A stretch of DNA of 64,000 nt from Nemertoderma westbladi (taxonomy: Eukaryota; Animalia; Xenacoelomorpha), in contig JAUCBJ010005202.1 in the NCBI GenBank assembly GCA_032718475.1, positions 1 through 64,000 on the forward strand. Reading direction: 5' to 3'. A model generated the notes under the pieces. The model was not told the origin of the DNA, did no database searches, and was given only the letters and a program-made list of their open reading frames with translations. Made by a program: the position numbers and the translations under genes. Positions 41,771-54,543 of the stretch are shown piece by piece; the first letter of the stretch is position 1, and each line of letters starts with the position of its first letter.

Positions 41771-42136
41771 GCTTACTCCACGAAAAGCATCGTTCAATTA
41801 CATTAACTCGCTACTGCAATTCAGTACGTCACAGGGAAGATGCTACTGTAGTTGTTTTCAAACTAAATCTGTTCAGTATGTACTGTACAGTGAGTGCTTT
41901 AAAGGCAGCTGAGTGTAAGTTGATTATAGCTATTAATATATATTATTCACACTATTAATACCTAATAGTTTAGGAGAAAAACACCAAGGTACAGTAAAAT
42001 TACACTAACAACAAGTACCATATCGCATAAAACAAATAAAATTAAATATAAATAACGGATTGATCAATTTTCCAATTCCAAAAGATAAATTTTCCTATCA
42101 AATCTTGAAGCTGATGGTTGCCAAAATTCAGACTAA

Positions 42137-43107
42137 ACTACTACTAGGATCGGCATGCTGCATTGCAGCTGCATTTTTAAGAATGCTGTGCCGGCTTGTC
42201 GACAAAATTGCGCCGCCACAACTACCTAACACCCATGACATTTGCTAGATCTTCCGCATCTTCAAGGCCAGTGTCCTTTAAGATGCGTCTCAAGAACGTC
42301 ATGGGCTGTCCACCATGCTTATACACTCCATGAGGCTTCCAAAGTACAAGATTATGCACTGGCTGGTCCTCACGGCGAAAGCAATGTCCTGCAAAGCGGA
42401 GGCGATTTTGTTCTAGTGGCAACCTTGGGAGAACCAATGAGACACCTCCAATGTTATATAGTGTCTGGTTGGAGATGTGAGCATTGTACTTGACACAATG
42501 AACCCGGCGTAGCATTCTTGCGAATGTGCCATCCAGAGATTTGGTGTCCTCAGCAGTTAGAGCCCAGCATGGACTCCCATAGAGGAGTACTGGAACTACT
42601 GCTGCTCTAAATAATCGGACCTTAAGTTTCCGATTAATTCTCGGTGACTTCCAAATCCTGGAAAGCCTATTCAAGGCTGCCCATGCCTTTCCCTTACGTA
42701 TTCGAAGGTCCTCACCTGACTTCTGGATCCATGATCCCAGGTAACAGAAGTCGTCCACATGCTCAAGCATACCATCCTTTGAACTTATGCTCATCATCTG
42801 GTCAGAGACTTGCTGACGACTTTCAAAGTTAACTGTCTCTGGAGTTAATAAAAAGACCAACACTAGAAGCAGCCTGTTCTAATAAGCTGAGGAGCCGTTG
42901 GGCTCTCTCTAGTCGTTGGGCCCTCTAAGTCATCAGCAAAGTCTAGAGCAGTTAGGTACTTGGCAGGATTTCCTCGACCTCTGGAGCCAGTAGGTGGAGT
43001 TATCATCACCCCATTATCATTATGATGATCTAAGGACATGCGTAGAACATAGTCAACCGCAATTATGAACAAGAATGGTGCAAGTGTGTCTCCCTGGAGG
43101 ATGCCCC
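42137..43107 (-). mobile_element. RTE family A, 5'-truncated, with small deletions
   Basis: ORFs 42222-42863 and 42863-43111, plus a (TAG)n tail. Confidence 0.93.
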
Positions 43108-43222
43108 TCACCTGCTCCCTGGTGCGGATTGGCGCTTTGTACCTAAGAAAATGATGAGGGATGACAAGAGTGAGATTTTTCTACACTACTACTCGGAAGT
43201 TATACAAATGTAGATTATAAAT

Positions 43223-43253
<31 letters not shown>

Positions 43254-44138
43254 TTTTCAATAAAGCTGTGACGGGGTACATCAGGTTTTGTAAAAAAAAT
43301 AGTGTGACCATTTCAAAAAATAAAAATTTGACTATCAAAATATCTTGGAAATTGACAAGGGAGAACTGGAACTTTTATGTTGGTGATATACTCATAAATA
43401 TGACATATCCAACAAGTTGTCACAGGTGGTCTGATGATGCTACATTATACTAATTGAGTTTTCCATCCTGATAACTCTGTTTAATTTAATTGATTTTAAT
43501 ATGATTATAATAATCATCCATAAGCATCAATCAGTCTGTCCAACTTTCCAATAACTCATTGAACCGGAAGGACGCCCCTGCCAAACAACATAAATCAAAG
43601 CTAAAGTAAACATTATCTCTCCTTCATAGACTATGTCTTCAATATACTTACTGTACTACCCAGAGACAGTCAGTTTTTGTGTAGTATCATGACACTTTAG
43701 TTCACAACCAGTTTATTGCAGATAGATTATATAACATTAAGTAATTAATATAATCAGATGGGGGGGGGGGGGGGGATACGAATAAAATTAAATTAGTATA
43801 ATTAAAAATTAACCAAGACTATACAATATCTACACCTACGACCTCGACTTGTAAGCAGGTTAGTAAAGAAGCAGGTTACAGTAGTGGCGGGTTGAAAGAA
43901 ATCAAAACAATAAACTAGAGTTATAATATTGTAGAAAATCCAATTTAATTGAGAATCAACAGATTGAGAATCAACAGTCTGGTGTATAGGCCAACATGTT
44001 AACAGTACGTGTATGTGTAGGCGTAGCGTTTACCCCACATGAGGGGTGGGGAGGTGAGGCACTACTCACCATTTTGAAATACATATTGCTCCAAAAAAAA
44101 ATATGTAGAAATAAAGCGTAAGATCAATTTTGTGTGAC

Positions 44139-44647
44139 TACTACTAGGATCGGCATGCTGCATTGCAGCTGCATTTTTAAGAATGCTGTGCCGGCTCAGG
44201 TCAGGTATTCTAAGTCATTGATCAAGAAAACTTGCCACCTCCATGCAGCATAAAGGAGGTGCCACCTGTAGCTGCATAGACCCTCTTACTAGGGCAAATC
44301 TGGTCCTGTAACTAGGACCCCCTTCGTTCTGGGATAAGGACGCCCTTGGTCCTGGATTAAGGACCCATATACTTGGCTGCAGGGGTATATGGCCTGACCA
44401 GGCAGATGGTGATCTACCAATGGCTGGTCAGGAGTAGAGTGTTCTCATGTCCACTCTGAGAGCACTTCACTGCGACCTGCACCTGGCAGCAAGGGTACAG
44501 GGCATGACCCAGCAGATGAGCTGCAACAGTCAATGGTGGGTCATGTGCGCCAGAGTAGATATGGGTGATGGGCCTCATATCTGACTCCATTGCGACACCC
44601 ACCCTGTGGAATGGCAAACCAGGGTGCGGTATTTGCCCCGAGAGCTT
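44139..44647 (-). mobile_element. Composite insertion: 57-bp RTE-A 3' end plus 452-bp inverted structured segment
   Basis: Flanked by the 12-bp direct repeat ATTTTGTGTGAC (44127-44138 and 44648-44659). Confidence 0.8.
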
Positions 44648-44744
44648 ATTTTGTGTGACAGCTAGTTTACAGAGGCGCGATTTGGGAACCTAAATAATAA
44701 ACGAATGTTATCACAGGTTATTTAGATAATGCAGGTTAGTAGGC

Positions 44745-46222
44745 CTACTACAACTACTAGGATCGGCATGCTGCATTGCAGGTTATCTTATTATTTTAAG
44801 AATGCTGTTATCGACAATGTTAGACCGCCACAACTCCCTACTCACAATGGGATTATCCGCATTTTCAAGGCCAGTGTCCTTTAGGAGGCGTCTCAATAAA
44901 GTCATGGGCTATCCACCATGCTAATTCACTCCATGAGGCTGCCAAAACACAAGATTATGCACTGGCTCATGGCACATGGACTCCATCGGACCTTAAGTTT
45001 CCGATTAATTCTCGGTGACTTCCAAATCCTGGAAAGCCTATTCAAGGCTTCCCATGCCTTTCACTTACGTATTCGAATGTCCTCACCTGACTTCCGGATC
45101 CATGATCCCAGGTAACAGAAGTCGTCCACATGCTCAAGCATACCATCCTTTAGGCTTATGCTCATCCGATCAGAGACTTGCTGAGGACTTTCAAAGTTAA
45201 CTGTCAAAATTTTGGTCTTTCTGGAGTTAATAAAAAGACCAACACTAGAAGCAGCATGTTCTAATGAGCTGAGGAGCCGTTGGGCTCCCTCTACAGTAGT
45301 GATTCTGAGAGTACTCCTAAGTCATCAGCAAAGTCTAGATCAGTTAGGTACTTGGCAGGATTTCCTCGACTTCTGGAGGCAGTGGGTGGAGTTACCATCA
45401 CCCCATCATCATTTTGATGATCTAAGGACATGTGTAGAACATAGTCAACCACAATTATGAACAAGAATGGTGCAAGTGTGTCTCCCTGGAGGACGCCCCA
45501 TAACACTTCAAATGGTTCTGTGTCACCGTCAACAGTAAAGAGAAATGTTGCCGAACCATCGTATACTGATCTGATTGTTGCAATAATTTCACCAGGAATC
45601 CCATATAATGAAAGTATGCTGAACATACGTGAGCGAGAGACTGAATCAAAGGCCTTGAAGAAGTCAACAAAGATAACAGCCAGATGCCTGTCTTTATTTT
45701 TTGATAATTCTTCAATTATCATTTTAAGTGCCAAAATTGGCTCCATGGTCCAACGACCTTTACGGAACCCATTCTGATTTCCACAGAGCAGTCTCTCAAT
45801 GGGATCCCAGATGCGATTTAATAGAATTCTATTGTATAGCTTTGCAGCAATCGAGATCAATGAGATTCCCCGAAAAGAACCATAGAGTGTTATGTTGCCC
45901 TCCAGGATCACCTTAGGAAACTTCTTAGCCAGTCTTCCAGAACATGAGAAGTGGCAACGGATGATGCGGTTAGAGATTTGGTCTATTTTGTCCAATGCTG
46001 CATGTGCAGTTGGATTCATCAATAGACCAATTCCACCATTGCCACTATCATCTGCTGTCGCGAGGGCGAGTCGCCAACCGCCCCCCATGTCCTTAATCAG
46101 ATCCTCATCAGTTTGTCCAAGCTTGAATTCCCACTGCGCTAAGAGAAAGCTAATCTGCCAAGGCAGTCAGCTCACTTTGTCGCATTGGGGAAACGAATGT
46201 TGTGTTAACTGAGGCTAGTCTG
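44745..46222 (-). mobile_element. RTE family A with internal deletion fusing APE N-terminus to RT
   Basis: ORF 45291-46088 runs from GNGGIGLLMN...ISNRII directly into RT (LYGSFRGISL). Flanked by CACAGGTTATTTAGATAATGCAGGT (44712-44736 and 46223-46247). Confidence 0.9.
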
Positions 46223-46340
46223 CACAGGTTATTTAGATAATGCAGGTGTAGGCGTAATGCCTTTACTAACCTGCTCTCGTTCCTCTATCAACACATCCGT
46301 ACTTGTTACTTGTTTATTTCGGACTGCAACAACTTCAGAA

Positions 46341-46586
46341 ATACCCTAATATCACATACCCTAATACAGTATTGCATACCCTAATATTGCATTACCTAAT
46401 ATCGATACCCAAATATTGCATACCCTAATATCGCATACCCTAATATTGCATACCCTAATATCGCATACCCTAATATTGCATACCCTAATATCACATACCC
46501 TAATATCGCATACCCTAATATCACATACCCTAATATCGCATACCCTAATATCGCATACCCTAATATTGCATACCTCAATATCGCAT
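46341..46586. repeat. 15-bp minisatellite (TACCCTAATATYRCA)
   Basis: Direct inspection, about 16 copies. Confidence 0.95.
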
Positions 46587-47330
46587 GTTATTCAGTGAGA
46601 CCTACAAATTGTTTTGTTTTGTTATTTTTTTCTTGTTTTGTGCTTACCTCGTTAAAATATGTCGTACTGTATATATTAATAATTATGACACTCTGATTAG
46701 TATGACTTACATTGTTTCCTTCTAAGATTATGTCTGAATGCATACAGAGTAGAGTATGTATACAATCTATACATATTTGCTATATGATATGTTTACAACT
46801 TTTTCACTTTGTACTGCAGCAAGTGTTGCTTGTATGGTGGACATTTGTAAATTTAAGGAATATATTAATTCGAGCTACTTAAAGAACAAATGCAAATAAG
46901 TTTCAGAGTTAATCCTTTGAATTGTTTTATTACAATACATGTACAATAATGTACTAAAGTTTACTATTGTCGTTTTGTTTTATGTTAGGAAGGCGGTTTT
47001 GATTTCCCTTTTATACTACAGGGGATTTAGATATAATTTAAACTCAAAGAAACATTTCACAGTAATCAATCGATCACCCGCCTACTCATACGGTCATACT
47101 GCTTACAGTACCGGTTGCGGCGGTTCTCAGAACAATTAATCAAACTAGAAAGACCGTGGCCTTCGCCCTCGAGTATTCTCTCAAACAAACACTATCAGTA
47201 TATTTTAATTAATCCGCAACCAATTAAGTCCATTGGAACTATATGATAAGAGTGCTGCACCGTACGGATTCTAACGAAGTAGTTCTAATAATTTGTTGCA
47301 CTTTAATTAATTACTAACAATTTATAATTT

Positions 47331-47560
47331 TTATATTTCACAACAAATTTTAAATCGCACGTTGTTGGGTTCATTGATATATCGAGACAAATTGATCAGA
47401 CCTATTTTAGAAGGAACACTGAGTAATTCACGAAACTTATACATAGAATGAGAACTGTTATATCGTAAACCTAAAAACTGTGCTCGAATATCAGAATAAG
47501 CATCACAACATAATAAAAAGGGAATTTGATCCTCTACCTCCATTCTAGAACAAAATACAC
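47331..47560 (-). mobile_element. LINE C-terminal cysteine-motif remnant (CR1/L2-group-like)
   Basis: EVEDQIPFLLCCDAYSDIR resembles the ED-xHFLL-C-xY-xR motif. Confidence 0.5.
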
Positions 47561-48574
47561 ACTAGAACGCCATCAAGATGGCTTTAAACGAACCTGTCTT
47601 AAACAGACTCCAAGAAACAGATGGGATTGGAAGATGTAAACCAAGAATGACTTGCATCAACCAAAAAACTGCCTCCCATCTAATGTAATACACATTCGCC
47701 TAGGCAAACAAATCATAATCACAATTACTACGATGATGTCTGAAATGGTATCCATATCCGCAACCTGAGAAACGGCCCAAAAGAGCAGTTTATTCTGCGG
47801 GGGGGGGGGGGGTCTTTCTGTATTAGATAAATAAAATAAAGAACACTAATTATTTCTACCTAATACATTCTCAGTTAGCCTAATAAAAACATCGGAGCAA
47901 CCAATATAATGTACAAACAAGCCTCCTTTGAAAATTTGTGAAATCTTCCATTAAGTCTACCCAACAGCCGTTGGTATCCGGCTAGCACCCTGGGTTCAGT
48001 TTCCTGGTTTTGTTAGTTTAATCGACAGCAGCTGTTGTAAACGTCCCAGATATACAAAACCTCCTAAGCCTTTACATTATAATTGAGCTTAGCCTGAGTT
48101 GATGACAGTATTATAACGATGGCAATAGGCCCTATAGATACATACGATATATAAATGATGTACTGCTTGACATTACACTAACTGACTGAATAGAGCTAGA
48201 GACAATACAATTAACTATACTGTATTATTAATGTACGTAACTCCAATTGAGAATAAGTAGTGAAATGTTGTTCAGCTGTAAAAGTTTAGTTGTGGGTATT
48301 TAATTTCGCGTTCCATAATACTGTATGCTAATATTTCGAATATCGCACATCGAATCATTCCCAACTTTTTTATTCAACAACTAGATACTAATTGATAAAT
48401 AGTCGCGTTAAAAATTTCTGCGTACCTGCTTGAGTTTTTGAGATATTGGATGGTTATACACCTACACACACACACAACCACATCGTGTTTTTGAACGGCT
48501 CAACTCTTGAAAAGAACTACCCAGTTAAAAGACAGGTTCGTTATAAACAGTAAAGCATCTTTACTTGGCAGGTT

Positions 48575-48622
48575 TCTACTACTAGACTAGGATCAGCATG
48601 CTGCATTGCAGCTGCATTTTTT
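48575..48622 (-). mobile_element. Ultra-short RTE-A 3' tail
   Basis: CTACTACTAGACTAGGATCAGCATGCTGCATTGCAGCTGCATTTTT. Confidence 0.85.
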
Positions 48623-51459
48623 GGGTATCTTGGAAGGTTTCTACTACGGTACAACATAATAAATTAGCTATAAGATTATGTTGTAGTACAGTAGATACCC
48701 TGTCAAGATATCACTTCTAAAGCATTACAAACAATAAAATAAGGGAGAAGGTTAAAACTGTCAGACATCCTCGTAAACATAACCTATAGTTTAGTATGTA
48801 CTTCGCTACTAGTAGGATCTACTATGTAGTAGAATCGCCTCAAAGAATCAACTCTAAAGTATAAAATGGGCCAAAAATAGAAAAAAAAGCATTATAGGCC
48901 CTAAATAAAGAAATGGAAGAAGGGTTTTAATTTTCTAACAGTCGCCCCCTAACGGTCTGAGAACTGCAGATTGTTCAGCGTCCTCCCCATATATGCAGTA
49001 TGATGTAGTAAAAATATGCAAAGTATCAGCTCAAAAGCATTCTAAATAACGAAATTGAAGAAGGTTCTTCACTTTCTGGCATTTCGCCCCATAACGGCAG
49101 ACTGGGGAACTGCAGACTGGTGAGCGCCCTCCCTCCCCAAACACACAGCATATGCTGTAGTAGAACCCTACAAGTACCATCAAAAAAATATTAAAACAAA
49201 GAAATGGGAGAAGGTTTTCAATTTCAGACATTTCGCACCCTAGCGTCAGGCCGGTCAGTGTCCTCCCAAATACGCAGCCTATGGTCAGTTGCACTATCTG
49301 CAAAGTGTCAGTTAGAACAGATTGAGTCTGATGGTGCAACTGCTGTTTTACAGTTTCCTACCAGCTGACATACTTTGTCTGAAACCGGGACAGGCCCGGG
49401 TTTTAGACAGTCCCGACCCGATTCTAAGGTCCCTGGCTACTCTATAACTCTGTCCATAGCAGAGTAACCACACAACCAGACCAACAGAAAAACGGCACAA
49501 GCGCAATGATAAAAACACCAGCTGGTGCTGGTGTATATATGGGAATTTGGTAGAGGGTCTAAGTAATGATATTCAATGGATTGGGGCAGAATGCAGAGAA
49601 GTATATTATTTGCCAAGTTTTAGTAAGGCAGTCAAGCACAGTAAGCAAACATAAACTGTAAGTTTGTAATGTTTAACCCCATCAGCTGATCTGATAGCTC
49701 TCCCCAGTGAATCCTATGGGAATATCTAAACAATAAACCAACAATAATAATTGTGGTGGTGTATTTAATTAATGCGATAAAATGACCCTATTTATGCAAT
49801 GATTAGACAAACTATACAATAATACACTATATTATACAACACATTGACGCACAACGTACACACAGAGGACTGGCCAGAAGTAGCCAGAATGATATTATGA
49901 ATAACCTCATTCATTGATTTGAATTAATAATAGAGACTCAAATAGATCAGTGCTGTAGTACACGAGACAAATAATAGGGCCTACAGTAAATTGGCAATTT
50001 AGCAACTGGCAGGGGAGGAGGAGTAGTCGTACTTTTGCGCTTTTATAGTAGTAGAGATTCATCAAATTATCGATTTAATTTTTAAAATAAATAGAGAGTA
50101 ACATTGATATGGATGTTAAGCAGCGTGCAGGGGAGGGGGTATTCGTTGGAGATTGATCTCAACTCCAGCTCCCTGTCTGTACTTGCACGCCCTTCTTGGC
50201 AGGAGGGGCGTGGTTTTGGAGATAGGGTTGGGGGGATGTCTAGTATACACGATGGAAGTTCTAGCTCTACATTATAAATAAATTTAATTTTAATTATTTT
50301 TTACACTAAATCAATAGATTTATTTCATCAATAATTATAAATATTTCATTAATATATATATGAAAAAATGGTTGTAATTAAAAGTAAAGACATGTAAGAA
50401 GAAAAAGTACAAAATTATAATAAAAATAAATATTTATATTATCAACGTAGTTATTATTATTTGACAGCTATTTTCAAATAGATATCTTTATTATAATAAT
50501 ATACTGAGCCCCAGCTATTTTCAAATAGATATCTTTATTATAATAATATACTGAGCCCAACTCTTAATTTATGTTCTAATTACAACTATAAGCCTACCCG
50601 TTCAATAAAGCTTTCTTAATCATTGAGTAAAGTCACCCACGGCATAAATTTATAAATAACCATTTCATGTAGTTCAACCCTTGGGTTGGTGTAATTCTTT
50701 TTCAAAAGTGATATTTTTTTATTTAAATCCGCAGGAAAAACAGAAGGATTAAGAAGATGACTTATTTCGAGCATGGTGGTTTTATGCAGCGAAACTATAT
50801 GAGCCGTGAATTCATCTAAAGTTCATGGCAGTCCGGTGTAATTTCTTCTAGAATATGTAATGCTGATTTGATAAAAGTAAAGTAGTCGATTACAAGTCTT
50901 GGAAAAATTTTATTACAATTTCAAATAATAGTTTATTAGTTTTAAAACCATTATTTTTTTGAGAATGATTTTGATAAAAAAGATGACCAACTCTATGTAA
51001 AGTAATCTACGTGTCATTGCGAGTTGGTGGTAACTTATATATAGGCAGTGATTTTTTATGTCCTTTTATTTGACTTTTTTGTCCTCCTTTTTTTACGAAT
51101 TGTGCATAATGACTTTTTTTGTCCCTTTAATGACTTTTGTTGTCCTTTAATGACTTTTTATGTATGTATATCTTCAAACTGTCAGACTGCTGATTTCTGG
51201 ACTGTCAGACAGTTGATTTCAACATGCCTATGCCAAAACATTCAAAATTTGTTGATTTCGGGTCTGTCGGACAGTTGGTTTCACTATGCCTGTGCCAAAA
51301 CATTCAAAATTCCATGATTTATAGACTATGAGATAGATTTCCATATGCGCCTGTGGTAAAAGACTCTAAATTTAATAGTTTGTAGTTGTTGTCGATAATC
51401 GATTACCACATGACGTAGCAAAACACTCATTTTATAGCCAAAAACAATTACCAATTGAT

Positions 51460-52253
51460 GGAAAGGAGCAGGTTAAGGCCGGATTTTCTAACCAAAACAA
51501 TAAACTGTCACTTTACCAAATGAAGGAAATGAGCAGGTTACAGAGGCTAGCCTTTCTAACCAAAACAATAAACGGTCACTTTACCAAATCAGGGAAAGGA
51601 GCTGGTTACAGAGGCGGGATTTTCTAACCAAAACAATAAACAATCGCTTTACCAAATGAAGGAAAGGAGCAGGTTACATAGATGGTCTTTTCTAACCAAA
51701 ACAATAAATGATCACTTTACTAATCGAGGGAAAGGAGCAGGTTACAGAGGCGGGATTTTCTAACCAAAACAATAAACGATCACTTAACTAATTGAGGGAA
51801 AGGAGCAGGTTATAGAGGCGGGATTTTCTAACCAAAACAATAAACAGTCACTTTACTAAATGAAGGAAAGGAGCAGGTTACAGAGGCGGGCCTTTCTAAC
51901 CAAAACGATAAACGGTAACTTTACCAAATCAGGGAAAGGAGCAGGTTACAGAGACGGGATTTTCTAACCAAAACAATAAACGATCATTTAACTAATTGAG
52001 GGAAAGGAGCAGGTTACAGAGGCGGGATTTTCTAACCAAAACAATAAACGATCATTTAACTAATTGAGGGAAAGGGGCAGGTTACAGAGGCGGGATTTTC
52101 TAACCAAAACAATAAACAGTCACTTTACTAAATGAAGGAAAGGAGCAGGTTACAGAGGCGGGCCTTTCTAACCAAAACAATAAACGGTCACTTTACCAAT
52201 TCAGGGAAAGGAGCGGGTTACAGAGGCGGCATTTTCTAACCAAAACAATAAAC
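51460..52253. repeat. 68-bp tandem repeat (TTCTAACCAAAACAATAAAC...GGAAAGGAGCAGGTTACAGAGG), about 11.5 copies
   Basis: TTCTAACC recurs at 51486, 51554 and onward with period 68. Confidence 0.95.
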
Positions 52254-53477
52254 TCTGTCATGAACATAACAATAAACTATGTCATGAACATTAGAGGGAA
52301 TGGGACAGCTTAAAGAGACAGCATCATTGATATACATTTCAAATTACATAAATTCAATTAAATTATATTTCAAATAAAATTAATACAATTTCTTCACCTG
52401 TCAAATTAAACCAATACAATGTAATTACGCATCAAATTAAATAAATTAGTAATTACTCGACAAATTCAATCAATACAATTGAATTTCTTGCTAAATTAAA
52501 TAAGGTGGGCCTACCATTACCGTATTTAAATGGTAGGCTACACAGTAGGCCTACAGCAGTACCGGTGCCGGTACCGGTACTAAAATACCTAAAATACCTG
52601 CTATATACCTACATCTGTACATACAATGCAGCAATACTGCAAAATAGTGCTCTATTACTAATACCGGTACAGATAGCCTGAGAGAACAGCAGTAGAGAAA
52701 CCGGTAGCATGGAACCTAGCGGTAAATTTCTGAAGGACATAAAAAGTAAAAAAAAAAGGACATCATGAGTGATTTAAACGGACAATAAAAATTATTGCGT
52801 TATATATATGGACGGGGAGTAGGTATTCCCGTTATTTCGGCGACCATCCGCAAACACAAACCAACAAAAAATAAGTAATTGATATGGTCAAGTCCGAACC
52901 AATCACTTAAATTTACTTAGGTTCCCTTTGGTATACTCAGAAAAACTCCTACTTCAATTGTCAGTATTCCGTTGGCGAGTAATAATACAATAGATGTCAT
53001 TAACTACCCAGTCCTCTGGGATGAAATCTGAATTTGGTTGCACAGCACAACCCCACAAATTGGGCATTAACATCAAGGTGGGGGTCGAAGCGGTTACTTA
53101 GTAATATACCAACTCATCGATAATAATCACACCAACCAAACCTCTTGGTATCTACTTTCTAACTGGAAAAATTTAATCACACACAGCGTTTATTAGGCCT
53201 AATTTGACGATATCCATTAATGAGTGTTTCCCGAAATTATAAATTTTAAATGCTTATAGTCCTACAGAAACCTACGAACAAACATTAATAAAGCGTCCCT
53301 TAATCGTTGATACAGAGTTTGCCTAATATATTTATTACAGTTGCATTTCAACCACAATTTATATATTTCTTACAGAAGTTCTTCAGGAGCCAAAGATTTG
53401 CCAAAATCAAATTTAATCATTCCAATACCAATGTAAATCTAGAGTAAAACAAATTTCTGAAGAATTATTATAAACAT

Positions 53478-53810
53478 TGTTGGGCGAGCGACGGAAGTAA
53501 GCGAGTTTAGCATACAGGTACCACTAACTCAATCGGTGTGTCTGTTGTGGAGCGAGCGACGAAAGTAAGCGAGTTTAGCATACAGGTACCACTAACTCAA
53601 TCGGTGTGTCAGTTGGGCGAGCGACGGAAGTAAGCGAGTTTAGCATACAGGTACCACTAACTCAATCGGTGTGTCTGTTGTGGAGCGAGCGACGGAAGTA
53701 AGCGAGTTTAGCATACAGGTACCACTAACTCAATCGGTGTGTCTGTTGTGGAGCGAGCGACGGAAGTAAGCGAGTTTAGCATACAGGTACCACTAACTCA
53801 ATCGGTGTGT
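53478..53810. repeat. 68-bp satellite, left part (about 5 units)
   Basis: Unit GGGCGAGCGACGRAAGTAAGCGAGYTTAGCATACAGGTACCACTAACTCAATCGGTGTGTCTGTTGTG. Confidence 0.97.
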
Positions 53811-54543
53811 AACTCTTTGAGTTGATGCCCATATGAGGGATATTAGGCAAACATATGAGGCATGTTGAGCGTGACACTGTGAAACCAATGGAAGGGCCTC
53901 TGACTGAGCCATTAGCTGCTGGATGGTGTCTGTTTCCGCTCACTGCCAGAGTGGATAAATCTGTCTCCCTTTCCACGAGGGAGGATAATATATTGTTGGG
54001 GAACACGTTGGCCTACGTCTAAAGCTGCGGTCACGGCTGTCTGGGCACTCTGTGCAAGGAAAGGGATTAACTGGAAGTTGGGTTTGATCAGATAGCGTAA
54101 TGCAGGTCTCAACATGTTGCACCCACAGGTATTAGTCCGAAGGACTCGTTCCCAAGGCTTCCTGTGGGTTCAGGTTCTGTCAGTCCGAGGGACTTTGTGC
54201 CTAAGGCGTTTTCCTGGATAGTATTTCGGGTAAATAGAGTGTGAGGGCTTGGATGAGTGCGCAAGCTGTCTCAGTCTCTAACAACTCCGAGGTGACCCCA
54301 CAAACTGGTAGCAAACTGCGATGTAGCAACCTGCGCGTAAGTCGGTTTAACGTGCCACTTGGACAAGGACAGTGGTTAAATTGCGGCACCAGGATGTGAG
54401 GTATTGACTACACCTCCGCATTAAAGACGTTGACCCTTCGGGGAATCCCTCCATGATACTGAAGTAATGCGTAGAAAGTCCAACCGCCCACCTCCATGTG
54501 GTAAGAGTTGGTAATAGGATTGGCACTCCTAGCAAAGCGGCGG
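53811..54543 (+). ncRNA. HDV-like (R2-type) self-cleaving ribozyme with very long J1/2
   Basis: P1 AACUCUU (53811-17)/AAGAGUU (54503-09); P2 CCGCC (54484-88)/GGCGG (54539-43); P3 ACC/GGU with L3 UCCAUGU; P1.1 CC/GG (54510-11); P4 UAGGA/UCCUA; J4/2 GCAAA with putative catalytic C at 54533. Confidence 0.78.

Noticed and set aside
53960-53990. Antisense HDV-like ribozyme, which would suggest a deltavirus-like circle
   Set aside because: The minus-strand TCC-TCCCTCGT-GGA lacks the P1.1 GG and J4/2, and there is no delta-antigen-like ORF.
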